DNA of 64,000 nt from an uncultured Alphaproteobacteria bacterium (GCA_964474635.1 CAYYTT010000002.1:6015-70014), one strand, 5' to 3'. Positions 45,013-54,397 are shown, counted from the stretch's first letter. Notes: a model not told the origin generated them from the sequence alone. Numbers and translations are program-made.

Positions 45013-45662
45013 GGACGGGCTCCCCCATCGGTTCCTGTCATCGGCGCTGGATCATCGTCCGTATCACGAGCAGTATAGTTGCGCATGGACGCGAGGAGTT
45101 CCTGGACATCCGGCCGGCCGGCGGCCGATGGCGCGGGCGGCACCCATCGGCGCAAAGGCCCGTCGCGCGGCGGTGAAAATGACGTGACGGCAGCCTCACG
45201 TGATGCCGGGTCAGACAGGGGGGCGCCAGACAGGGGTGCGCCAGACAGGGGCGCGCCAGGTGTGGGCGCGGGTGGCTTGGGCGCGATGGACGCCGGAGAC
45301 GGGGAGGGCGCCGGCTCCTCGGCCAGAAGCTCCGGATTGGCTCGCGCCGCATCGCTGGAGGCCGCGCGCAGGCGGCGTTCCGCGCGGCGGCAATGGGCAA
45401 GCAGGACCCGAAGTTCCCGGTTCTGGCGGGCACAGGCCTCCATGGATTGCTCCAGGGTCTGGCCCACGGTCTCACCGGCGGTCCGCATACGATCAAAGAG
45501 CGTCTGTGAGGCGTCGACCTGGGCCGAGAAATCCTGAAGCAGGCCACGCATGGCCCCGAAACTCACCTGCATTCTGCGCAAACGTCGTTCAACGCGCAAA
45601 ATCTGCCAAATGAGCGCCATGATGACGAATACGATCAGTCCGTCGAAGATAAGGGCCATCAT
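45009..45662 (-). CDS. Hypothetical membrane-anchored coiled-coil protein with a Pro-rich, repeat-containing tail (flagellar operon member)
   Basis: N-terminal TM MMALIFDGLIVFVIMALIWQIL. Helical middle. PSPSPASIAPKPPAPTPGAPLSGAPLSGAPLS tail. 4-nt overlaps with fliM upstream and the motE-like gene downstream. Confidence 0.55.
   Translation of the reverse strand: MMALIFDGLIVFVIMALIWQILRVERRLRRMQVSFGAMRGLLQDFSAQVDASQTLFDRMRTAGETVGQTLEQSMEACARQNRELRVLLAHCRRAERRLRAASSDAARANPELLAEEPAPSPSPASIAPKPPAPTPGAPLSGAPLSGAPLSDPASREAAVTSFSPPRDGPLRRWVPPAPSAAGRPDVQELLASMRNYTARDTDDDPAPMTGTDGGARP
45212..45260. repeat. 15-bp in-frame tandem repeat x 3.3 (CAGACAGGGGNGCGC on the plus strand) encoding GAPLS x 3
   Basis: Read directly inside CDS 45009..45662. 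Confidence 0.9.
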
Positions 45663-46744
45663 GTTGGCAGCACTCCACTCAGGGATTGTTGATCAACCAG
45701 GGATTCGTCCACTTTAACGGCGATGTTGCCATTGCGCTGTCCCATCTCGCCGCGGAGCAATTCCTGACCGCGCAAGAGCAGACGCACCGTTGAGTCCGGG
45801 GACATGTCGAGGATGATCTGCGTGCCCTTGGTCCAGCCGAGTGCCTCGCCAAGCGTGATGCGCGACTGGGAGAGGATGGCGCGCAGGTCCACCGTCATTT
45901 TCATCAACTCGTTCTTGAAATGATGTTCCCAGGCGCAATCGCCGCCGAAACTCTCCCCCATGAAGACCTGGAGCAGCATGGCGCGCACGGGCTCAAGAGT
46001 GGCGTAGGGAATGACCAGATCGAGATATCCCGGCAGGTCATTGACATTGACACGGATGCGGACCAGCGCGGCGACATTCGTTGCACGGCAGATCTGCGCC
46101 AGTTGCGGCGTCGTCTCGAACTGGTCGACATCGAAGGAGACGGACGACACCGGCTCGAACGCGGCGCCCAGACAATCCGCCAGGTGCTTTGATACCCGGC
46201 GCATGAGGCGTTGTTCAATGGATGTCAGGGGGCGGATTTCCGGCGTCTTCTGGCGCTTGTTTCCGGCACCGAGCAGCACCTCGACCATGTTGCCGACAAG
46301 CCGCGTGTCAAACACGAACATGCTGGAGCCGTCCCATTCCGGCGCCTTCAGCACCGCCATGGCGGTTGGCATAGGGACGGTAGAGATGTACTCCCCAAAC
46401 CGGATCGGCCCAATCGACTCCACGTCCATCAGAACGCTCGCGCCCATGAGCTGGCGCAGATTGTCGGTGGCGGTCCGAACAAAACGGTCCATGACGACAT
46501 CCAGCATGGGAAGTCGTTCATAGTTGACGATTGTTGAATCGGCGATGAGCTGCATCACCGAAGGGGTGGGCTGGCCCCCGGTGCCGGCGGGCGTGTCGAG
46601 CAGGCGGTCGATGTCGTTCTGCTGCAGATGGGGATCGACGCCGGAAGGGGAGGCACCGGCCGAGGGAGGCGTCGCGGCGTCCGCCGCGTCCTCGACTGCG
46701 TCGTCAAAAGAGGCCGGGGCTGTGTCGGGATGATCCATGGTCAT
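45659..46744 (-). CDS. fliM: Flagellar motor switch protein FliM (set 1)
   Basis: 361 aa. ERLPMLDVVMDRFVR middle domain. C-terminal FliN-like SpoA block (ITLGEALGWTKGTQIILD, GEMGQRNGNIAVKV). Confidence 0.88.
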   Translation of the reverse strand: MTMDHPDTAPASFDDAVEDAADAATPPSAGASPSGVDPHLQQNDIDRLLDTPAGTGGQPTPSVMQLIADSTIVNYERLPMLDVVMDRFVRTATDNLRQLMGASVLMDVESIGPIRFGEYISTVPMPTAMAVLKAPEWDGSSMFVFDTRLVGNMVEVLLGAGNKRQKTPEIRPLTSIEQRLMRRVSKHLADCLGAAFEPVSSVSFDVDQFETTPQLAQICRATNVAALVRIRVNVNDLPGYLDLVIPYATLEPVRAMLLQVFMGESFGGDCAWEHHFKNELMKMTVDLRAILSQSRITLGEALGWTKGTQIILDMSPDSTVRLLLRGQELLRGEMGQRNGNIAVKVDESLVDQQSLSGVLPT

Positions 46745-47262
46745 TTGATCAGCAGCTCCTGTATCAACACGTCGGAGACGATCTCCCGGTCCAGGATGAG
46801 GTTGAACCGGTGGCGAAGATCGAAGCGTAACCGCGTTAACCCTGCAGAACCCCGAAGATCCGTATCTGTCAGTTCAGGGAGATACGCATGCAGCATGTCC
46901 AGAAGATAGGGTTGCCGCTCCCCTAAGAGATCGCCGTGATGCGGTTCGATCACAACGGCGATCCGCAGGCGCATGTGCCCGCTTTGGGGCGGCGCGCGGT
47001 TCAGGATGAGGATCGGCAGATCAATCACGCTCGCCTTCGGCTCCGCGCCGATGGGGGTCGGCTCAGGGGCCGGCGCCAGGGCGTTCTCGACCCCTGCCAG
47101 CCACGCATCGACCGCTTTGCCGCCGCCCGCCGCGAACAGGCCGGCCAGGATGCCCCCGATCCCGACCGCCAGAACGCAAAGAACCACGGCCGCAAGGGTC
47201 CCGATGCGACGATGCATCGAGTTTTTGGAAGATTTTTCAAGAGTGTCGTCCGGTGCTGCCAT
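46741..47262 (-). CDS. fliL: FliL-family flagellar basal-body-associated protein (paralog 2)
   Basis: Single TM (IGTLAAVVLCVLAVGIGGILAGLF). IDLPILILNRAPPQSGHMRLRIAVVIE, LRFDLRHRFNLILDREIVSDVLIQELLIK. Upstream of fliM. Confidence 0.8.
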   Translation of the reverse strand: MAAPDDTLEKSSKNSMHRRIGTLAAVVLCVLAVGIGGILAGLFAAGGGKAVDAWLAGVENALAPAPEPTPIGAEPKASVIDLPILILNRAPPQSGHMRLRIAVVIEPHHGDLLGERQPYLLDMLHAYLPELTDTDLRGSAGLTRLRFDLRHRFNLILDREIVSDVLIQELLIK

Positions 47263-47421
47263 AAGACTGAAAGCCCTGATCCTGTATCGCTGGGTCCATC
47301 GCCCGCCGCACCCGGATGTTCCTAGAGGAAACGGGTTTCGGGCGGTTTAAGTCGGACGATCAAAGACTAGTCCTTTCCAGGATAAAATCAGCGTAATCGG
47401 GTTTTGGGGGTAAGGCGTCGG

Positions 47422-49137
47422 ATGACGGCAGTGACCGCGGACAAGACCGAGTTCGACAGTTTTGTTCGAACCATGCGTTCTCTTGGAGATACACGGCTCG
47501 TTCTTTTGGCCGCTCTTGGCCTTGGCATGGTCGCGCTGATCGTGCTCATGGCTTACTCGATTTCGCGCCCCAGTTTCTCTCTTCTTTACAGTGATCTTCA
47601 GCCAGAAGATGCCGCCGGGGTTGTTGCCGAAATCGAACGTCTGGGCGTGCCGGTCAGGATCGGCGCCGATGGCACGCGCATCGAAGTGCCCGAGCAGCAG
47701 GTCAGCCGCGTCCGTCTGGAGTTGGCCGGTCGCGGTCTGCCGGTCAGCGGTGCGGCGGGCTATGAGCTGTTCGATGAACAAGGATCCCTCGGCCTGACCA
47801 GCTTTATGCAGCAGGTCAACCGGGTCAGGGCCCTGGAGGGCGAGTTGGCCCGCACCATTCAGTCACTTGAGGCCGTGAAGGCCGCGCGCGTCCATCTTGT
47901 GCTCTCCGAACGCGATGCCTTTACGCGGGAGCGGACGGACCCCAGCGCGTCCGTCGTGGTTAGGGTCAAGCGGGGCGGTGCCCTGGGTCAGGCGCAGGCC
48001 CGAACGATCCGCCATCTCGTCGCCGCCGCCGTTCCAGGATTAGAGCTCAGTAAGGTGACGGTTCTTGATGCGCGCGGAAACACGCTGCTCGCCGAGGATC
48101 AAGGCGCGTTCCCGGGCGCAGGTGCGGTGTCCGACCGGGCATCGGCGCTTGAGGCATCCTTGACCTCGGCCATTGAGCGGTTGCTCATTCCCCGCCTGGG
48201 GGCCGGCAATGTGCGTGTACAGGCCAATGTGGACCTGTCCATGGATCGCGAAGTCATTCGTGAAAAGATTTTCGATCCGTCCCGTACGGCCCTGCGCTCC
48301 AGTCAGATTGTGGAGGAGACCGAAGAGTCCCGGGAACTCTCCAGCGATCAGGCGACGACGGTGGAGCAGAACCTGCCCGAAGCCGATATTCCTGTCGGTG
48401 ATGCGGGCACCAACCGCAATGATCTCTATAGAACCGAGGAAACAACCAATTACGAGATTTCCTCCGTGGCAAGAGAGCGTGTGCGTGAACCCGGCGAGGT
48501 GAAACGCGTGAGCGTGGCGGTGATGGTCAATGGAACGCGCACGACGGCGCCGGACGGGACCTCTGTTTACGCACCGCGTTCCGCCGAGGAATTGCAGCGC
48601 ATCGAGGCCCTTGTGAAATCGGCCATTGGCTTTGATGAGGCGCGGGGCGACCGGGTCACGATCGAAAACCTCGAGTTCGTAGCCCTCGAGACGACCCTGC
48701 CGCCGGTGACCGATGTCTCGGTGACACAGGTCCTGAGCCGAAACATCGTGACCGTCATCCAGTGGCTTGTCCTGCTGACAATCTCCGTACTTGTTTTGAT
48801 GATTGGTGTGCGTCCTGTCGTGGACCGGCTCATCGCGGCCATGCCTGCCGCTGGCGCGGGATCCCCATCCCCGTCCGAGGCACCGGCGGAGAATGCGGAG
48901 GCCCTGGCCCTGCCGGATCAGGCCGGGCCGGAGATCCCGCAACTGGAGTCCATGTCGGACAGTCGCGCCGTCTCGGCCGCGTCTGTTGATGTTGCCCTGG
49001 AACAGATGATGGAACTGCGCGCGGTGAAGGGGGAGGTGCGTGCAAGCTCAATCCGCAAGCTGGGCCAGATTGTCGACGAGAACCCCGAGGAGATGCTCGC
49101 CATCATGAGAAGCTGGATCCACGAGGAGGCCGTTTGA
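47422..49137 (+). CDS. fliF: Flagellar MS-ring protein FliF (set 1)
   Basis: FVRTMRSLGDTRLVLLAALGLGMVALIVLM, LYSDLQPEDAAGVVAEIERLGVPVRIGADGTRIEVPEQQV, GYELFD. Alternative TTG start at 47404. Confidence 0.92.
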   Translation: MTAVTADKTEFDSFVRTMRSLGDTRLVLLAALGLGMVALIVLMAYSISRPSFSLLYSDLQPEDAAGVVAEIERLGVPVRIGADGTRIEVPEQQVSRVRLELAGRGLPVSGAAGYELFDEQGSLGLTSFMQQVNRVRALEGELARTIQSLEAVKAARVHLVLSERDAFTRERTDPSASVVVRVKRGGALGQAQARTIRHLVAAAVPGLELSKVTVLDARGNTLLAEDQGAFPGAGAVSDRASALEASLTSAIERLLIPRLGAGNVRVQANVDLSMDREVIREKIFDPSRTALRSSQIVEETEESRELSSDQATTVEQNLPEADIPVGDAGTNRNDLYRTEETTNYEISSVARERVREPGEVKRVSVAVMVNGTRTTAPDGTSVYAPRSAEELQRIEALVKSAIGFDEARGDRVTIENLEFVALETTLPPVTDVSVTQVLSRNIVTVIQWLVLLTISVLVLMIGVRPVVDRLIAAMPAAGAGSPSPSEAPAENAEALALPDQAGPEIPQLESMSDSRAVSAASVDVALEQMMELRAVKGEVRASSIRKLGQIVDENPEEMLAIMRSWIHEEAV

Positions 49138-49141
49138 TCCC

Positions 49142-49768
49142 ATGCGCGCTTTTCTCTTCGAACGGTCCTTCGACAAACCTGTTCCGCCGCCGCCCGATCC
49201 CGGACCTCCGCCCGAACCCACCGTCACGGTGCGCGAAGCGGAGGAAATGGTCAGCGCCGCGCGTCAGGAAAGTTATGACAAGGGGTATGCGGAGGGCGTA
49301 GCCCAGGCGCGCGAGGACCTCAGCGAGCAGGTCAAGACTCGGATCGCCGAAAGCCTGGAGGCGGTACGCCGCGAACTGCCAAAGGTCGACAGTGATCTGG
49401 CCGAGGTGTTGACCGATATCGAGGTAAGGGCGACCCGGGTAATCTTGAGCCTGGTCTCCCACTTCGCGCCGCGTCTGTCGGATGTCATCGCGCAAGGCTT
49501 GGCGCGGGATCTGGTGGCAAAGGCATTATCCGTAGCAGGAAATAAGCCGGATCTGATCGTGGAATGTTCACAAGAGGTGAGTGCCTTCATCAAAGAGGCC
49601 TTCGATTGGGACGGCGACGGGCAGGCCATCACGGTGCGCACGGACGCGGACCTGAAGGGTGCGGCCGTCAAGGTGCGCTGGGAGCACGGCGAGGTCTTCT
49701 GGGATCCGGCCGATACCCAAAGCGAAGTCGACGCCCTTCTGGCCGCCGCCGCTGAGACTTTGGAATAG
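49142..49768 (+). CDS. fliH: FliH-like flagellar assembly protein (set 1)
   Basis: 208 aa. Follows fliF. Charged helix EAEEMVSAARQESYDKGYAEGVAQAREDL typical of FliH/FlbE, and a C-terminal globular part. Confidence 0.6.
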   Translation: MRAFLFERSFDKPVPPPPDPGPPPEPTVTVREAEEMVSAARQESYDKGYAEGVAQAREDLSEQVKTRIAESLEAVRRELPKVDSDLAEVLTDIEVRATRVILSLVSHFAPRLSDVIAQGLARDLVAKALSVAGNKPDLIVECSQEVSAFIKEAFDWDGDGQAITVRTDADLKGAAVKVRWEHGEVFWDPADTQSEVDALLAAAAETLE

Positions 49769-49824
49769 GGTGATCCTTCCAAGGCAAAGGCCTAAGACTA
49801 TCATCAATCAGGGGAGAGACTTAC

Positions 49825-50244
49825 ATGGCAAACGATCCGCATCAGACGGATAATTCTTTCACCAAGGGAACGCGAGGCGTTGAGGCCGAAACGGGCGAGC
49901 CGGCCAAGGGGGACGCATCGGCCACTGGCGGTGCATCCGCGCAGCCCGGTCAAAAAGATGCTTCGGGGGAGGACGGACGGCTGCAGGCGCTTCATGCGGT
50001 GCCTGTGGACCTGCAGGTTGTTCTCGGTCATGCCTCCCTGCCCGTGGCGCAACTTTTGAAGCTGTCCCGCGGCGCCGTGGTGGAGATTGACCGCAAGGTG
50101 GGCGAAAGCGTCGACATTCATGTGAACAGCCACCTGGTCGCCCGCGGCGAGGTGGTGATCCTCGACGATAACAAGCTCGGCATTACACTGACGGATATTG
50201 CCGGAGCGCAGAGCCTTGCGGGTCTGCCCGGGCGGGTCGCATGA
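49825..50244 (+). CDS. fliN: Flagellar motor switch protein FliN (set 1)
   Basis: SpoA block VPVDLQVVLGHASLPVAQLLKLSRGAVVEIDRKVGESVDIHVNSHLVARGEVVILDDNKLGITLTDI. Confidence 0.92.
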   Translation: MANDPHQTDNSFTKGTRGVEAETGEPAKGDASATGGASAQPGQKDASGEDGRLQALHAVPVDLQVVLGHASLPVAQLLKLSRGAVVEIDRKVGESVDIHVNSHLVARGEVVILDDNKLGITLTDIAGAQSLAGLPGRVA

Positions 50245-51095
50245 GGGTCGCCCGGTTCATGGCACGTTTGAGCAGTCTGTCCATTTGTGTGCTGATGCTT
50301 TTGGCATCTGGGGACGTGGAGGCGGCGCCGATCACGCTGCAAATCGGCGATGAGCCGGCCGCCTTTACCGGCCGGCTGTTCCAGATCATTGCTCTGATGA
50401 CGGTATTGAGCCTCGCGCCATGGATTTTGATGACCGTGACGAGCTTCATCAGAATCGTGATCGTGTTGTCGCTGCTTCGCACGGCCCTGGGGCTGCAGCA
50501 GACCCCGCCCAATATGGTGGTCATCTCCCTGGCCCTGTTCCTGACGGCCTTCATTATGGCGCCGACCATGGACAGGGCGTGGCTCAATGGTGTCAACCCC
50601 ATGCTGAATGATACGGTGACACCGGAGCAGGGGATCGAGCGCACCATTGCCCCTTTTAGGGATTTCATGGAGCTGGAGGTGCGGCCCAAGGATCTTGCCC
50701 TCTTTCAAACCTTGCGCGGGAGTGCCGCTCAGTCTACGGATGGTGGAGATCTTCTTGGAGGGAGCGGCGAGGCGAGTGAAGCCGGCGACAGGGCGGGACT
50801 TGCCAGCACGCTCGATGCCTTGGAGCCCCAAAGGGGCGAGGACCGGGCGCCTTTGAGCGTCCTTGTGCCCGCGTTCATCATTTCCGAATTGCGGCGGGCC
50901 TTCGAGATTGGCTTTCTCGTCTTCATGCCGTTTCTGGTGGTGGACATCGTGGTTGCGGCCATATTGATGGCCATGGGCATGATGATGCTGCCCCCTGCCA
51001 TTGTGTCCTTACCCTTCAAGATTGTCTTCTTCGTGATGATTGATGGCTGGAACCTGATCGCCGGCAATCTCGTGAAGTCATTCGCAGGCGGATAG
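50241..51095 (+). CDS. fliP: Flagellar export apparatus protein FliP
   Basis: Signal peptide, then FQIIALMTVLSLAPWILMTVTSFIRIVIVLSLLRTALGLQQTPPN, SELRRAFEIGFLVFMPFLVVDIVVAAILMAMGMMMLPP. Confidence 0.93.
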   Translation: MRVARFMARLSSLSICVLMLLASGDVEAAPITLQIGDEPAAFTGRLFQIIALMTVLSLAPWILMTVTSFIRIVIVLSLLRTALGLQQTPPNMVVISLALFLTAFIMAPTMDRAWLNGVNPMLNDTVTPEQGIERTIAPFRDFMELEVRPKDLALFQTLRGSAAQSTDGGDLLGGSGEASEAGDRAGLASTLDALEPQRGEDRAPLSVLVPAFIISELRRAFEIGFLVFMPFLVVDIVVAAILMAMGMMMLPPAIVSLPFKIVFFVMIDGWNLIAGNLVKSFAGG

Positions 51096-51156
51096 ATCAC
51101 CTGGGCACAGCCCATAACTCCCAATCCCGATGTGAACGAAAGGACCCTGGTGCGCC

Positions 51157-52182
51157 ATGGGAGCGATCAAGATACGCGATAACTACCATGCCCTGACCGG
51201 GCCGGAAAAGGCGGCCATCATGTTCCTGACCATCGGCGAGGATCGTTCCTCCTCCATGATGGAACGGCTCGAAGAGGATGAAATCCGGATCGTGTCCCGG
51301 GCCATGGCGGGGCTCGGCACCATCACCGCGCCCCTGCTTGAGGAACTGATTTCCCAATTCACCGAACGTATGGCCCGGGGCGGCGCCGTCATCGGCAACT
51401 TTGACAGTGCCGAGCGCATGCTGAGCAGCTTCATGCCCAAGGACCGCGTCGCGGATATTATGAACTATATCCGGGGCCCCGGCGGGCGGTCCGCCTGGGA
51501 GCGGATGTCCAATGTCAACGAGACCCTGCTCGCCAAATATCTGCAAGGGGAGCATGAGCAAACCATCGCCGTTGTCCTGTCGAAGATCGCCCCGGACCAT
51601 GCGGCCAAGGTGCTGCCCTTGCTGCCAAGACCGCTCGTGCGCGACGTGATCCGGCGCATGGTGTCGCTCCAATCGGTGTCCCAGGAGATCCTGGCGGATA
51701 TCGAGGAAATGCTGCACCGGGAACTGATGATCGATTATGCCCAGAGCCGCGGCGGTGACACCCACGAGCACCTGGCCGAGGTGTTCAACAGGACCGGCCA
51801 GGACCTCCTGCAGGATTTGATGACCGATTTGGAGGAGGATGATCCGGAGGCCGTCGGCCGCATCAAGCAGCTGATGTTTACTTTTGAGGATCTGGTTGAA
51901 CTCGACCCCATCTCGCTTGGCACCGTCATTCGCTCCTGCGACACGGATCTGTTGGTCTACGCCCTGAAGGCCTGTGATGAGGAAACGCGGCAGATTTTCC
52001 TGTCCCACATGTCCCAAAGGGCTGGTGCAATCCTGATCGAGACGACCGAAAGCCTTGGTCCCGTGCTCAGCCGTGACGTGGAGGCGGCGAAGACGGCGAT
52101 CGTGCGCAAGGCTAAGGAACTGGCCGAGGCCGGAACGATTGTGATCCAGCGCGATGGCGAGGGGGACGGCATCATCTATTGA
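51157..52182 (+). CDS. fliG: Flagellar motor switch protein FliG (set 1)
   Basis: LTGPEKAAIMFLTIGEDRSSSMMERLEEDEI, LQGEHEQTIAVVLSKI, MFTFEDLVELD, C-terminal torque helix region. Confidence 0.93.
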   Translation: MGAIKIRDNYHALTGPEKAAIMFLTIGEDRSSSMMERLEEDEIRIVSRAMAGLGTITAPLLEELISQFTERMARGGAVIGNFDSAERMLSSFMPKDRVADIMNYIRGPGGRSAWERMSNVNETLLAKYLQGEHEQTIAVVLSKIAPDHAAKVLPLLPRPLVRDVIRRMVSLQSVSQEILADIEEMLHRELMIDYAQSRGGDTHEHLAEVFNRTGQDLLQDLMTDLEEDDPEAVGRIKQLMFTFEDLVELDPISLGTVIRSCDTDLLVYALKACDEETRQIFLSHMSQRAGAILIETTESLGPVLSRDVEAAKTAIVRKAKELAEAGTIVIQRDGEGDGIIY

Positions 52183-52205
52183 GGGCCGCCGGGCTTGCCA
52201 CACGT

Positions 52206-52233
52206 CCCGGGGTGCCGTGCGGCACGCCCGGGG
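52206..52233. terminator. GC-rich imperfect hairpin in the 59-nt convergent spacer between fliG (set 1) and flhG (set 2)
   Basis: CCCGGGGTGCCG .. CGGCACGCCCGGGG with one bulged G. No clear U-tract on either strand. Confidence 0.3.
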
Positions 52234-52241
52234 CTCTTGGC

Positions 52242-53102
52242 TCAATCGTCCGGGATGAGCTTTCTGGACAGATCTTCCACCGCCTTGGCCGCCGGCGCCT
52301 GGGGAAAGGTGGCGATGATGGGGGTTTGGCGCCGGATCGAGTCGCGCACCTTGGAATCGCGGGGCAGGATTCCGGCGAGGGGCGGTTCATGCTTCAGAAA
52401 ATTGCGGCAGGCATTGGCCAGGGCCTCGTAAGTGCGCTGGCCGGCCATTTTTCCCTCGGCCTGATTGATCACGATACGAATGTCACTGGAGCGATCACGC
52501 ATCATGGAAACCTTGATGAACGCGTAAGCGTCCGTCAGGGAGGTGGGCTCGTCGGTGGCCACCACCAGGATCATGTCGGACAGACTGCTCAAGGTGGTGA
52601 CGGCAGCGTCGATGCCGGCCGACAGATCCAGGATGATATGATCATAGGACTGACCGACTCGCTTCAGGCCCACGGCGAGTTCCACAAGGTCTTCCCGGCG
52701 CAGAAGGCTCAACGCGCCGGAACCCGAACGCCCCGCCAGTACGTCAAAGCCGCCCGGCGTTCCGGCACCGCCATGGAATTTGCTGACCGCATCCTGCAGT
52801 TCAAGGTGCCCCGCGACCACGGCGCCCAGATCGCGGTTCGGTGTGAGGCCCAATTGGACGTCCACATTGGCAAGGCCAAGATCACCGTCGAAGATCAAAA
52901 CACGGCGCGCCCGGTGGGCGAGGGCATGGGCAAGGCTTACGGCGAACCATGTCTTGCCGACCCCGCCCTTGCCGGACGCGACCGCGATGATCGCGCCCGC
53001 ACGGGGACGTGGCTCGGCTTCGGTCCGGCTTTGGGTGCGTTCGGACGGGTTCGTCGGCCCCAGGTCGGCGGTGGACGAGGGAATGGGCGCGGTCTCGCTC
53101 AT
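52242..53102 (-). CDS. flhG: MinD-type ATPase FlhG/FleN (flagellar number regulator)
   Basis: ATG 53102 overlaps the flhF stop (ATGA). Deviant Walker A AVASGKGGVGKTWFAVSLAHALA. VLIFDGDLGLANVDVQLGL. The ORF-track entry to 53666 is a spurious extension. Confidence 0.9.
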   Translation of the reverse strand: MSETAPIPSSTADLGPTNPSERTQSRTEAEPRPRAGAIIAVASGKGGVGKTWFAVSLAHALAHRARRVLIFDGDLGLANVDVQLGLTPNRDLGAVVAGHLELQDAVSKFHGGAGTPGGFDVLAGRSGSGALSLLRREDLVELAVGLKRVGQSYDHIILDLSAGIDAAVTTLSSLSDMILVVATDEPTSLTDAYAFIKVSMMRDRSSDIRIVINQAEGKMAGQRTYEALANACRNFLKHEPPLAGILPRDSKVRDSIRRQTPIIATFPQAPAAKAVEDLSRKLIPDD

Positions 53103-54376
53103 GGGATGGGGCTCTCCTTGTGCAGGCGCCGGGTCTGCGACGTGGATTGGGGCGTCGTCCGGGGTTCCGGTTCGGCCGGTGATGGGGGTGCGGAGTGTAT
53201 CGCCGGCTGACCGGCGCCACCGCCGGGAGCCTGTGGCCTGGCCGACGGTGGGACCGAAAGCACGAGCCGGGCGAGCAGGCCGGGATCCATGGGCGTCAGG
53301 CCCTCGGCGAGGTAGGGTGTGCGGCTCGCCTGGGCCAGTGCAAGGCCCGTGGACTGGAGCAGCCACAGGATACTGCCGAGCCGGCGTGCCGCGTCGATCC
53401 GTGTCACGATCAGTCTGCGTGCGCCCATTTCCTGAAAAATCCGGGCACTGTCGACGAGGTCGCCAATATCCGCGCCGGCGGCAAGCACGAGCACGGGCTC
53501 CATGTCGGCGGCTTTCAAAAAGGCGATCAGGTCCTCCCGTTCCGCCCGGTTGAACGGGTTGGTGCCCGGCGTGTCCACGATGATGGTGCGCGGCCCTTGC
53601 GCGGCGCCGGCCCGGGCCTTCGCCACCGCCGCCTGCAGTGCCTGGGGCGTGTCGGCGGCGGTGCACTCGGCCTCCAAAAGCCCGGCGAATGCCTCCATCT
53701 GCGCCACGCCCCCTGCCTTGACCGTGTCCGTCGTAATCAGGTCCACGTGACCGCCGGCAAGGACCGCGCGGGCGGCCAGTTTGGCGGCGCTTGCGGTCTT
53801 GCCAACGCCGGGTGGCCCGATCAAAAGAAGGGGGCGGCGCGGAACATCCGGCAGGGGCGAGAAACCGAACCGGGTTTCCATGGCGGCCGTGAGGGCGAGA
53901 GCGCCGGTTTCGGCGTCAAAGCGTTTGGCATCGGCCAGTATGGCTTTGCCGAGGGCGCTTGGCACCCGGTGAAAAACGAGGGCCTGCCCCACATCGCGCA
54001 GGTCCAGCGGCGCGCTCGGGGCCGGCGCGTGAGACTGCGCGGGGCCGGCATGGCGCTCCTGGGGCGGAGGAATCACGGCAGGTGTTTGGGGCTGGGGCGC
54101 CGCGCGCGCACCGCCCCGGGGTTCGATGGGCGTGCCCAGTTCGGCCTGGAGCCGGGCGCGCAAGGCCGCCTCTATGGCGCTGGTCTCATCGAGCGTGTGG
54201 GCAACGCGCCGGGTGGCGGCGGGGTCGGGGATTTGCTCCACGGCGGCCCGCACCTCCACCCCGCGCCCGCGCCGCCCTTCATAGGTCGACACGATGATGG
54301 CGTCATCGCCCATGGCCTCGCGAACCTGAGCCATGGCCTCGGCCATCGTAGGAGCGGTGAAGGTTCGAATACGCAT
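53099..54376 (-). CDS. flhF: SRP-type GTPase FlhF (flagellar placement)
   Basis: MRIRTFTAPTMAEAMAQVREAMGDDAIIVST N-terminus. G1 LLLIGPPGVGKTASAAKLAA, G3 IIVDTPGTNP, G4 LIVTRIDAA. Confidence 0.92.
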   Translation of the reverse strand: MRIRTFTAPTMAEAMAQVREAMGDDAIIVSTYEGRRGRGVEVRAAVEQIPDPAATRRVAHTLDETSAIEAALRARLQAELGTPIEPRGGARAAPQPQTPAVIPPPQERHAGPAQSHAPAPSAPLDLRDVGQALVFHRVPSALGKAILADAKRFDAETGALALTAAMETRFGFSPLPDVPRRPLLLIGPPGVGKTASAAKLAARAVLAGGHVDLITTDTVKAGGVAQMEAFAGLLEAECTAADTPQALQAAVAKARAGAAQGPRTIIVDTPGTNPFNRAEREDLIAFLKAADMEPVLVLAAGADIGDLVDSARIFQEMGARRLIVTRIDAARRLGSILWLLQSTGLALAQASRTPYLAEGLTPMDPGLLARLVLSVPPSARPQAPGGGAGQPAIHSAPPSPAEPEPRTTPQSTSQTRRLHKESPIP

Positions 54377-54397
54377 GGATGCCGGTCCCCTTCAGGC

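Noticed and set aside
51097-52245. 382-aa minus-strand ORF
   Set aside because: Antisense to fliG (set 1), which has clear FliG motifs. Its composition is typical of shadow ORFs.
53103-53666. Upstream extension of the flhG ORF to 474 aa
   Set aside because: It overlaps the flhF 3-prime region in another frame and is Arg/Pro/Gly-rich. The MinD-type protein begins at ATG 53102, coupled to the flhF stop.
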